Shown here one piece after another: positions 38,969 to 46,712 of a stretch of DNA of 64,000 bases. Below the pieces are notes generated by a model that ran no database searches, had not been told where the DNA came from, and saw only the letters and a list, made by a program, of their open reading frames with translations. The stretch spans positions 126,314-190,313 of the forward strand of contig JBOEGF010000009.1 in assembly GCA_050633305.1 (NCBI GenBank), in the 5' to 3' direction. This DNA is from Nannocystales bacterium (GTDB lineage Bacteria; Myxococcota_A; Polyangia; Nannocystales; Nannocystaceae). The first letter of the stretch is position 1. Every line of letters begins with the position of its first letter. The position numbers were made by a program, and so were the translations under genes.

Positions 38969-39669
38969 TGAGGCAGGCAAGCCTCGCGTCCCTCATTGTA
39001 GGCGCAGTTCGGCAGTTCGTCGCAGATCGGAACACTCAGCACCTCCATACAGGGCACGCACGCGAGGGCGAAGCACTGTTCCTCGAGCGCCATGCAGCCC
39101 TTTGCCTTCTCACAGGGCCCCGGATCGAGCGCGCTGCACTCGGCCTCCTTGGCGCATTCGCTGGGGATGCAACCCCCGCCTTCCCAGATGCATTCGGGTG
39201 CTTCGAACAGACAGGCTTCCTCGCCGCCGACGTTGCACAGATTCACTGTGCATTCTTCGCCGTTCCACAAGCAACCCGGGAACGCCTCCTCGCAGGCGGG
39301 TGCTTCTTTGGGCGTGCAGTCCTCCGGGTCCTCGGTGTCTCCGACGGTCGAGCTCTCGGTGTCGAGCGCCGTGTCTTCGCTGGTCTCGGTTTCGGTTTCG
39401 GTTTCGGTGTCGATGTCGGACGTCGCCGATTCGTCGCTCGTGCTGGACGTGGTGAGCTCCGGGTCAGGCGTCGTGGAGGCCCGCGTCGTGCTCAACCCAT
39501 CGCCCGAGGTGGTGGTCGGAAACGTCGGCATCGAAGATCCGTCCGTGTCGTCCGGACCTTGCGTCGTGCTCGAGCTGCCCTCGATCGGTCCGACAAAAAA
39601 GTCGGCAGTGCACCCGAGGGGGTTCAACACCACGACGAGCAGGGGCACGGTCCGGCAGCGTCGGATCAT
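38965..39669 (-). CDS. Cys-rich repeat lipoprotein
   Basis: NPLGC lipobox, Ser/Thr/Glu linker, four 4-Cys modules. Confidence 0.75.
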   Translation of the reverse strand: MIRRCRTVPLLVVVLNPLGCTADFFVGPIEGSSSTTQGPDDTDGSSMPTFPTTTSGDGLSTTRASTTPDPELTTSSTSDESATSDIDTETETETETSEDTALDTESSTVGDTEDPEDCTPKEAPACEEAFPGCLWNGEECTVNLCNVGGEEACLFEAPECIWEGGGCIPSECAKEAECSALDPGPCEKAKGCMALEEQCFALACVPCMEVLSVPICDELPNCAYNEGREACLPQ

Positions 39670-40901
39670 GGTGTCTCCTTCTCGCGCGCAGCGGCGAGTT
39701 CTCTGTGAGCCTGGGCCCGAAACGAGCCGCGCGGCATCGCTTCGAGATACGCGCTCCAGCACGCAGCTTTCGTGTCGTCGCCTGCACGCCGGCACAGACC
39801 CGCACGGGCGTCGTCGGCGAACCGGCCATCGGGGAAGCGCTTGAGGTAGGCCTTCCACAGGGCGACCGAGGACCGCCCTCGTTGTCGCTGCAGGGTAAAC
39901 AGCTCCCCGTAGGCGCTCTCACCCCAGCTCCCCCGCCCATCGATCGCGATGATCTTGCGGAACGTCGCCTCGGCCTTGTCGAGTTTGCGCGCTTGCCAGG
40001 CCGCATTGGCATCTCGCTCCAGCGCGGCCAGACGTTCTCGCCGAGATGGGGTTCTGGCCCGCCGCTTGGGACGTGCGTGTTGGACCGGAGCGGGCGACAG
40101 CTGGGGCTGGGGCTGGGGTTGCGGAGGCGGCGTGGCCGAAGTGGGATCGGGTCGCGGGGCGGGCGTCACGGGCTCCACGTTCGAGGCCGCACCGTTGGCC
40201 AAGCCGCCGGCGAGTTGGCTCTCCTGTTCGACCGCCGGTCGCGGGGAGAGCATCGCCTCGTTTGGTGCGTCCCCCTCGGCACTCCACAGCCCACCGCCGA
40301 GGTCGAACGCCGTCGCCAGGCCGGCTCCCACTCCGAGCGCAAGCACCAGGCCTGCGGCGATCGCAATGCCGAAGCCTCCGCGTCGATGGCTTCCTTGGTC
40401 CGTCTCGCCCGAGGCGGATCCTCGCCGGACTCGGGCCCGGACGAGTTCGTGGTCAACGTGCCCGCGGACATCGCCCACAAAGGTGTCGAGCGCTGGGTCG
40501 TGTTGTCCCGTCTTCAGCCGACCCGCATGTTTCAAAGAGATGATGGGCGCGTATTGCCCCACTTCATCGACGGCGGACTGCGGGATGGTCTCTGGCGCGA
40601 TGGCATGCGCGCGGCTGACCACGGCGAGAAAGTCGGGCACCGCTTCGTCGGTCGCCATCAGATGGGTCGCGACCTCGGAGACGAGTTCGGCGAGCGCTGG
40701 GTCGGGCTCGGACAGCGGTTGCTCGGCGGGCTCTTGCTCGGAGGCCAGGCCCTTCTGCGATAGGCCCCTCTGCGATAGCTCCTGGGCGCGGGCGAGCATG
40801 GCCTCGAAGTCTGGCTGAAGCTCGTCCACGGCGACGTCGTGCTCGACCCGGTCGCTGACCTCCGCGAGGAAGCCGTCGAGTTCGTTGGAGCGATCGCTCA
40901 T
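39666..40901 (-). CDS. Putative membrane anti-sigma factor with C-terminal TPR-like domain
   Basis: Overlaps the ECF stop (ATGA); single TM (GFGIAIAAGLVLALGVGAG); Pro linker; WKAYLKRFPDGRF and WSAYLEAMPRGSF TPR-like ends. Confidence 0.75.
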   Translation of the reverse strand: MSDRSNELDGFLAEVSDRVEHDVAVDELQPDFEAMLARAQELSQRGLSQKGLASEQEPAEQPLSEPDPALAELVSEVATHLMATDEAVPDFLAVVSRAHAIAPETIPQSAVDEVGQYAPIISLKHAGRLKTGQHDPALDTFVGDVRGHVDHELVRARVRRGSASGETDQGSHRRGGFGIAIAAGLVLALGVGAGLATAFDLGGGLWSAEGDAPNEAMLSPRPAVEQESQLAGGLANGAASNVEPVTPAPRPDPTSATPPPQPQPQPQLSPAPVQHARPKRRARTPSRRERLAALERDANAAWQARKLDKAEATFRKIIAIDGRGSWGESAYGELFTLQRQRGRSSVALWKAYLKRFPDGRFADDARAGLCRRAGDDTKAACWSAYLEAMPRGSFRAQAHRELAAAREKETP

Positions 40902-41509
40902 GCGTTCTCCTGTCGCGGTTCCAGCCAGCCCAGTCTCTCCAGCTCGCGCCGGATCCTCTCTCGGGCCCGAGAGGCTCGGACTGAGAGGTTGCCCGCGGTG
41001 ATGCCAAGCTTGGCCGCCGCCTCGGCGGGGGTGTTCCCTTGAAGGTCCCGCAACACGAAGGCCTCTCGAAGGTTCTCCGGGAGCGTCTCGAGGACGGCGT
41101 ACAGGGCCTCGGTTTTCTTGCGGCTGAGGTGCGCTTGGTCCAACCGAGGCGCCACACCGGCGTCGACCGCCGCGTGCATGTTGCGGAGCCTGTCGTGGGC
41201 GGTGGCGGTGTTGCGCTGAGACCTCCAATGGTTTCGCACCACGTTGAGCGCGATTCCGTGCAGCCAGGTTGAGAGCGTGGCGCGACCATCGAAGGAGGGC
41301 AGCTTGACCAGCGCCCGGGCGAACGCCTCTTGGACGAGTTCCTCGGTGAGTCCGGCATCACCGGTCAGAAACCGTACGTGCCGCACCATCGGGGGGAAGT
41401 GTGTGCGGTACAGGACCGCCCACGCTTGCATGTCACCGTTTCGCGCACGCTCAACCAACCCCACCTCGTCCGCCTTTGGCGTCGTCGTGTGCGTGGCGTG
41501 CGGTTCCAT
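40898..41509 (-). CDS. ECF (sigma-70 group 4) RNA polymerase sigma factor
   Basis: EELVQEAF, FDGRATLSTWLHGIALN (region 2); LPENLREAFVLRDLQG..RASRARERIR (region 4). Confidence 0.95.
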   Translation of the reverse strand: MEPHATHTTTPKADEVGLVERARNGDMQAWAVLYRTHFPPMVRHVRFLTGDAGLTEELVQEAFARALVKLPSFDGRATLSTWLHGIALNVVRNHWRSQRNTATAHDRLRNMHAAVDAGVAPRLDQAHLSRKKTEALYAVLETLPENLREAFVLRDLQGNTPAEAAAKLGITAGNLSVRASRARERIRRELERLGWLEPRQENA

Positions 41510-41511
41510 CC

Positions 41512-41546
41512 CGAGTCCGTACCCCCTGTCGCCCCTAGATTACAGG
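41512..41546 (-). promoter_or_regulatory. Putative autoregulatory ECF promoter
   Basis: Minus strand CCTGTAATCT-N16-ACGGACTCG, ending 2 nt before the sigma ATG. Confidence 0.7.
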
Positions 41547-41554
41547 GTCCGCCG

Positions 41555-41598
41555 AGAAAAGTGGGTGTGCGAGCCGGCCCAAGAAAAGTTGATGTGCG
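41555..41598. repeat. 17-bp imperfect direct repeat between the two promoters
   Basis: AGAAAAGTGGGTGTGCG (41555-41571) and AGAAAAGTTGATGTGCG (41582-41598), 15/17 identical. Confidence 0.6.
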
Positions 41599-41633
41599 CC
41601 TGTAATCTCGGCGGTGGTTGGGCAACGGACTCG
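41599..41633 (+). promoter_or_regulatory. Putative ECF-dependent promoter of the acidic lipoprotein gene
   Basis: CCTGTAATCT-N16-ACGGACTCG, both boxes and the spacer length identical to the divergent copy. Confidence 0.7.
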
Positions 41634-41641
41634 CCGTACCC

Positions 41642-42394
41642 ATGAAGACGCTTCAGATCATCCAAAACCTTGGCCTCGGCTTTTCCCTTCTTGTCGCTCC
41701 CCTTGCTGTTGCTTGCGACGTCGAACTCGACGACGACGTCGAAGAGGGTGAGGACGGGGAAGACGGCGAAGACGAAGAAACCGGCGACGACGGTGCCGAG
41801 AGCGACGGCGAGAGCGGCGAAAGCGGCGAGAGCGAAGGCGACGGTGAGAGTGAAGGCGACGGCGAGAGCGAAGGCGATGGTGAGAGCGAAGGCGACGGCG
41901 ACGGCGAGAGTGAAGGCGATGGCGAGAGCGAAGGCGACGGTGAGAGTGAAGGCGACGGCGATGGCGAGTGCGCCGAAGCGTTCGAGATCTGCGAGCTGGA
42001 GGAGCTGAGCGAGGAACAGTGCGCAGCCGAGTTCCCCGAGTGTTTCGAGGGCGAGGGCGAGAGCGACGGCGAGGGAGACGAGTGCGCCGAGGCGCTCGAG
42101 ATCTGCGAGCTGGAAGAACTCAGCGAAGAGCAATGCGCAGCGGAGTTCCCCGAGTGCTTCGAGGGCGGTGGCGAAGGCGGCGGCGATGAATGTGCCGAGG
42201 CCCTCGAGATTTGCGAGCTGGAGGAGCTGACCGAGGAGCAGTGCGCGGCGGAGTTCCCCGAGTGCTTCGAGGGCGGCGGCGAAGGCGGCGGCGAAGGCGG
42301 TGGCGAAGGCGAGTGCGAGAACATCGGCGCCGTCTGTGAGGAACTCGAGCTGACCGAAGAGCAATGCGTCAGCGAGTTCCCCGAGTGCTTCTAA
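41642..42394 (+). CDS. Extremely acidic lipoprotein with (GESEGD)n and four C-x6-C-x9-C-x6-C repeats
   Basis: MK..LAVAC lipobox; repeats vary mostly at synonymous positions, which supports this frame. Confidence 0.85.
   Translation: MKTLQIIQNLGLGFSLLVAPLAVACDVELDDDVEEGEDGEDGEDEETGDDGAESDGESGESGESEGDGESEGDGESEGDGESEGDGDGESEGDGESEGDGESEGDGDGECAEAFEICELEELSEEQCAAEFPECFEGEGESDGEGDECAEALEICELEELSEEQCAAEFPECFEGGGEGGGDECAEALEICELEELTEEQCAAEFPECFEGGGEGGGEGGGEGECENIGAVCEELELTEEQCVSEFPECF
41826..42391 (+). repeat. Coding repeats: 18-bp GESEGD units then four ~81-bp Cys modules
   Basis: GAGAG(C/T)GAAGGCGA(C/T)GG(C/T) tandem array; ECAEALEICELEELSEEQCAAEFPECF units start near 41966, 42080, 42188 and 42311. 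Confidence 0.85.
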
Positions 42395-43515
42395 CGCTTC
42401 GGCACTGACTTCGTCGCGACGTCCACCCAGACGAGGTGGTGGTCCGACGGTTCGGCCCGCACGGTTCGTTCGACCGCTGCGGGCCATTGCACGGCCGACG
42501 ACAGCACCCGGAGCGTGCGGGACGGGAGGACGTAGTCGACCCGGAGGTTCCCCACGGTGTCGTCGCTGAAGTCCGCGGTGTCCAATCGCGGGTCCCCGAG
42601 GTGGGTTGTGTTGGCCTGCTTCTGCGTTCGGCTTGCGGAGGCCGCGCCCTCAGAGGTCGGCTTCGGGTCTTGAATTCGTGGATGCGCGAGCAGGGCGGTG
42701 ATGCCCGCGGGCGCGCCCCCGTCCGTGGGATCCGCATTGAGGTCGCCAAGCACGACGAAGTGCTCGGCAGCAGGCAGCGTGTCGATGTGGTGGACCCAGA
42801 ACAGGACCTCGTCCCGGTTGCGGTGTCCATTGCGGTCCTCGGGTCCATCGAACGCCGGAGGGGTGGGGTGGCTGATCAGCAAATGGACCCGTCCCAACGG
42901 CGAACGCACGACGACGTCGCAGTGGTTCTTGGACGATAGTGGTAGCGCGGCCTGAGCTTGGGGGCTGTAGTAGTCCGCCGGTGCGTCGGTCGACGCGTCG
43001 TCGGGCAGCGTGGCCCACGGGAGCGACGCCCAAAGCACGTCGCCGAAGCAACGCGTGCTCTCGATCGGGAAACGGGAGAGCAAGGCCATGCCGTATTGAC
43101 CCGGGTATCGGCCAAACCCGCGAGCATCTCCGGGACCGGTCGTGATGCCGTCGCGGTCCAGGTCGATCCCCGTGGGGTGCCCGGTGTTGCTCGGTGGGAC
43201 GAAGCGGTGAGGGTAGGGCTGTCCGGGGATCGAGGTCGCGAAGGCTTCGACGGCATCCGCGTCGATCTCGTTGAGGAGAACGATATCCGGGTGCGCGGCG
43301 AGCAGAGCTGCGGCAACGTCGGCGGCCTGGGGGTCTCCTGCGCGGACGGCTGCCGCGAGGGCACCCCGCTCATCGCGGTACAGCGAGGTGTTGTAGGTCG
43401 CGACGCGGAGTCTCAGCTCGGGTGCCGGGTCCGAGCCGCAGGATCCCGCAAGACCCAAGAGCACCGCGGCCCCAGCGAGCGTCGTCAGCCGCGGAGTTCG
43501 GCCAGCGCTCTCCAC
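42391..43515 (-). CDS. Endonuclease/exonuclease/phosphatase (EEP) family lipoprotein
   Basis: RVATYN, DIVLLNE, SSKNH, SHPTPPAFDG, GDLNADP, RVDYVLPS, SDHHLVWVD; start uncertain. Confidence 0.9.
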   Translation of the reverse strand: MESAGRTPRLTTLAGAAVLLGLAGSCGSDPAPELRLRVATYNTSLYRDERGALAAAVRAGDPQAADVAAALLAAHPDIVLLNEIDADAVEAFATSIPGQPYPHRFVPPSNTGHPTGIDLDRDGITTGPGDARGFGRYPGQYGMALLSRFPIESTRCFGDVLWASLPWATLPDDASTDAPADYYSPQAQAALPLSSKNHCDVVVRSPLGRVHLLISHPTPPAFDGPEDRNGHRNRDEVLFWVHHIDTLPAAEHFVVLGDLNADPTDGGAPAGITALLAHPRIQDPKPTSEGAASASRTQKQANTTHLGDPRLDTADFSDDTVGNLRVDYVLPSRTLRVLSSAVQWPAAVERTVRAEPSDHHLVWVDVATKSVPKR

Positions 43516-44027
43516 AACAACCACGCAACAGCCCAGACGATCGCGAGGTCGGCGAGTCCCACGTGAACGCCCGACATCGAGAACTCGGCGAAGCTCGAAC
43601 CTGCATCCATCATGCGAGGGACCGCGTGGAGCACGAGGCCGCCCCACAGCGTTCCGACGGCGAGCGCATCGCTGCGGGTCCGCCGACTCCAACGCAGCAC
43701 GACGATGCCGACCACGGCGGCCACGGCGAGCAGCGCGAGGCCGTAGACCGCGACCATTCCCTCGGGGACCGGCAGCTCGAACGGGGTCGCCCCTGCGCGC
43801 GCGGTCGGCTGGAGCGACACGTCCCCGACCAGCGCGACCGGCGAGCAGTCGGGGGGCAACGTCCACACCGCGGTGAGGGCATCGTCCAATGTTGCAGTGG
43901 AGTCACAGGCTCCGGCGCGCGCCAGGACCTTGATCCAGCTATCGCAAACACCGATCCAGGCTCCGAACAGCAGCCCCGACAGGAGGGCGCCGCCTCCCAG
44001 GGGGGGGTTGGCATCCGAGTTCGACAT
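43485..44027 (-). CDS. Signal peptidase II (LspA)-like membrane protein with degenerate motifs
   Basis: Four TM helices in LspA order with remnants DSWIK, RAGATPF, GGLVLHAVPR, FAEF and GLADLAI. Confidence 0.6.
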   Translation of the reverse strand: MSNSDANPPLGGGALLSGLLFGAWIGVCDSWIKVLARAGACDSTATLDDALTAVWTLPPDCSPVALVGDVSLQPTARAGATPFELPVPEGMVAVYGLALLAVAAVVGIVVLRWSRRTRSDALAVGTLWGGLVLHAVPRMMDAGSSFAEFSMSGVHVGLADLAIVWAVAWLLWRALAELRG

Positions 44028-44135
44028 GCTCGCGACGCGCAATCGTCCCAGAAATCGGCCCCCACCACCAGCTGTCCCTGGCCCCCCGGTTCATAGGCCG
44101 TTCCCTGTGCGCGTGTGGTGCGGTAGCATCGGGGC

Positions 44136-45455
44136 GTGACGGCCCAAGAGGGCGAATCCTCTCCGAAGAGCGATGCCAAGGCCGAGACCCCCAAAGGGGC
44201 CTCGAAGAGCCCCGGCGCGCGCGGTCGGCGAGGACGCAGCCGTGTCTCACCCTCCGACCCGGGCGATGACGCGAGCGCGCTGGGGATCTACTTCCGCGAA
44301 ATGGCAGCGGTCTCGGTCATGACTCCGCAGCAGGAGCGTGAGTCGGCGGAGCTGATCCTCGACGCGCGCACCAAGTACTGGCGGTCGATCTTTTCCTACC
44401 CGCCGTTCATCCCAGGCATCGCAACGATCATCAGCGAGACGTTCAACGAGGACGACCGCCCGCAGGAGCTGCTCGAGAGCATTCAGCGGACCTCTCGCAA
44501 GTACCGAGACCGACAGACCCGCGCCAACGAAGACGCGTACGAGCTCGACTGCACGAAGCTCTCCAGTGACATGGCCAAGCTCGATACCGACGGTATCGCG
44601 TGCGAGCCGGTCTACGAGGACCTCTTGGCGATCCTCGAGGGCCGTCGCGATGAGGTCCGGATCCAAGTGACGCTTCCGCCCTCGGGCTCCGCACCGTTCG
44701 CCAAGTACGTCGATCGGGTGCGGCTGGCGGGTGCGAACCTCTGGCGTCGCAAGGATCAGTTCGTACGCGCCAACCTGCGGTTGGTCGTCACGATGGCACG
44801 TCGCTACAACCGCGGCGCACTGCCGCTGCCCGACCTGATCCAAGAGGGCAACATCGGGCTGATGAAGGCCGTCGATCGCTTTGATCCGGGCCGTGGCTTC
44901 CGTTTCAGCACGTACGCCAGCTGGTGGATCCGGCACGCGATCAGCCGCGCGCTCGCCGACAAGGGCCGCGAAGTTCGCGTGCCCGTCCACATGATCGACG
45001 TCTATCACAAGCTCAAGCGCACCCGGCAGCGCTTCGCGACGATGAAGGGCCGCGAGCCGACCGACGAAGAGCTCTCGTCCGAAGCCGAGGTTCCGATCGA
45101 GAAGATCCAGCGGCTTCGGCAGTGTTTGCTCGATGCGGGTCCCAGCCTCGACAGCCCGGTGTCGGGTGCAGAGGGTCGGACGGTGGGCGATCTGATTGAA
45201 GACGAGACCACGCCGCTCCCCGCGGAGATGCTCCAGGCCCGGGCCATGGGGGACAAGGTTCGCGAGCTGCTCGAGCGTCTTCGTCCCATCGAGGCCGACG
45301 TGATCCGCAAGCGCTTCGGGTTGGAGCAGGGCGAGCCGATGACGCTTCGCGAGATCGGCGAGCAGTATTCGCTTTCCCGAGAGCGGATCCGCCAGCTTCA
45401 AGAGCAGGCGCTGATCAAGATCCGTCGGGAGCTACGGCGACAGGACCTGATGTGA
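44136..45455 (+). CDS. RpoD/SigA-family sigma factor lacking region 1.1 (group 2-like)
   Basis: ANLRLVVTMARRY, DLIQEGNIGLMKAVDRFD, FSTYASWWIRHAI, TLREIG..SRERIRQ. Confidence 0.95.
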   Translation: MTAQEGESSPKSDAKAETPKGASKSPGARGRRGRSRVSPSDPGDDASALGIYFREMAAVSVMTPQQERESAELILDARTKYWRSIFSYPPFIPGIATIISETFNEDDRPQELLESIQRTSRKYRDRQTRANEDAYELDCTKLSSDMAKLDTDGIACEPVYEDLLAILEGRRDEVRIQVTLPPSGSAPFAKYVDRVRLAGANLWRRKDQFVRANLRLVVTMARRYNRGALPLPDLIQEGNIGLMKAVDRFDPGRGFRFSTYASWWIRHAISRALADKGREVRVPVHMIDVYHKLKRTRQRFATMKGREPTDEELSSEAEVPIEKIQRLRQCLLDAGPSLDSPVSGAEGRTVGDLIEDETTPLPAEMLQARAMGDKVRELLERLRPIEADVIRKRFGLEQGEPMTLREIGEQYSLSRERIRQLQEQALIKIRRELRRQDLM

Positions 45456-45712
45456 CGGCTCCAAAGCCCTCCCTCGCGCTGTACCACTACTTCGGTTGCC
45501 CGTTCTGCACGATGGTCGACCGGGTGGTCCAGCAGCTCGGACTCGAGGTCGAGCGACACGACATCTTGCGAGATCCGGACGCTCGTGCGTCGCTGATCGA
45601 TGCGACCGGTCGACAGACCGTGCCCGTGTTGAAAATCGGCGACGGAGCGGACGCAAAGTGGATGCCCGAGAGCCGCGACATCATGCGCTGGCTGCAGCAA
45701 GAGTACGGATAG
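45452..45712 (+). CDS. Glutaredoxin-like protein
   Basis: CPFC, TGRQTVPVL, ESRDI; GTGA overlap with the sigma stop. Confidence 0.88.
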   Translation: MTAPKPSLALYHYFGCPFCTMVDRVVQQLGLEVERHDILRDPDARASLIDATGRQTVPVLKIGDGADAKWMPESRDIMRWLQQEYG

Positions 45713-45725
45713 GCGCCGCTGCTGC

Positions 45726-46589
45726 TTACTCTTGGGAGTCGGGTGAGGGGTTCGTGGTCAGCGCGATGCCGCCGTCGCGCAGCGCGATCGTCCGGGCCTT
45801 GTACAAGACCCCGACGCCGCGCTTGAACGCCTTCTTGCTCATGCCCAGGTGTTTCTCGATCTCCGCGGGGGTACTGCGGTCGTGCAGCGGTAGGAAACCG
45901 CCGGCGGCTTCGAGGGCCTCGAGCACCGTGGCCTGAGCATCGAGCATGCCGGCTTTGCCGCGTCGCTTGAGGCGGATGTCGAGTCGGTTGTCGCCTCGCA
46001 CCTCGCGGACGTAGCCGGTGTGCTGGGTGCCGAGTTTCATCGGACCGTACACGTCGCTGTGATGGACCAGCCCGCGATGGCGCTGGTCGACGATGACTTG
46101 TACGCCTGCATCGATTCTTCCGTAGACCAGAAGCTCGACCTCTTGGTCGATGTCGATGTCCTCCACGTCGTAGTCGAGGTAGGTCGCGACGTGTGTCGAT
46201 CCGATCAGGCGCTCGCCTTTGCGATCCAACATGACGTAGACGACGTAGTCACGCCCTTCTTCCATGCGCTGCGCCTGCTCGAACGGCGGCACGTAGAGAT
46301 CCTTGGGCAACCCCCAGTCCATGTACGCACCCGCGTGGGTCACCGACACGCATCGCATGCAGGCAAACTCGCCGAGCGCGGCGACGGGGGAGACCGTCGT
46401 CGCTTGGACGGTTCCGTCTCGACCCTCGAAGATGAAGACCCGAAGTTGCCCGCCGACCCTGACATCCGGCGGCGCTTCTCCACTGGGAAGCACGAGGGGA
46501 CGATCCGGCGCTCGCAGCGTGATCCGGTCCGCGGTGGCCTCGGTGACCTCCAGCGTTTGAAATCTTCCCAGCGCGAGCGGGCGTTGCAT
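45726..46589 (-). CDS. cvfB: CvfB/YitL S1-domain RNA-binding protein
   Basis: GAYMDWGLPKDLYVPPFEQ; C-terminal LHDRSTPAEI..MSKKAFKRGVGVLYK winged helix. Confidence 0.9.
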   Translation of the reverse strand: MQRPLALGRFQTLEVTEATADRITLRAPDRPLVLPSGEAPPDVRVGGQLRVFIFEGRDGTVQATTVSPVAALGEFACMRCVSVTHAGAYMDWGLPKDLYVPPFEQAQRMEEGRDYVVYVMLDRKGERLIGSTHVATYLDYDVEDIDIDQEVELLVYGRIDAGVQVIVDQRHRGLVHHSDVYGPMKLGTQHTGYVREVRGDNRLDIRLKRRGKAGMLDAQATVLEALEAAGGFLPLHDRSTPAEIEKHLGMSKKAFKRGVGVLYKARTIALRDGGIALTTNPSPDSQE

Positions 46590-46712
46590 GGGCGTGAGCC
46601 TACAACCTCGGGTCGGGTTGTGTGCCTCAGCCCAGTCATGTAAACCCCGCGCCCTCTACCGGCCGCATGGACGCAATGGTCCGTTCACGCACGGGGTGGA
46701 GCACCGAATCCC

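Noticed and set aside
41826..42391. Regularly spaced repeats with variable spacers, superficially CRISPR-like
   Set aside because: Units are ~81 bp, in frame, vary at synonymous positions and have low-complexity Gly/Glu spacers; no cas genes are present
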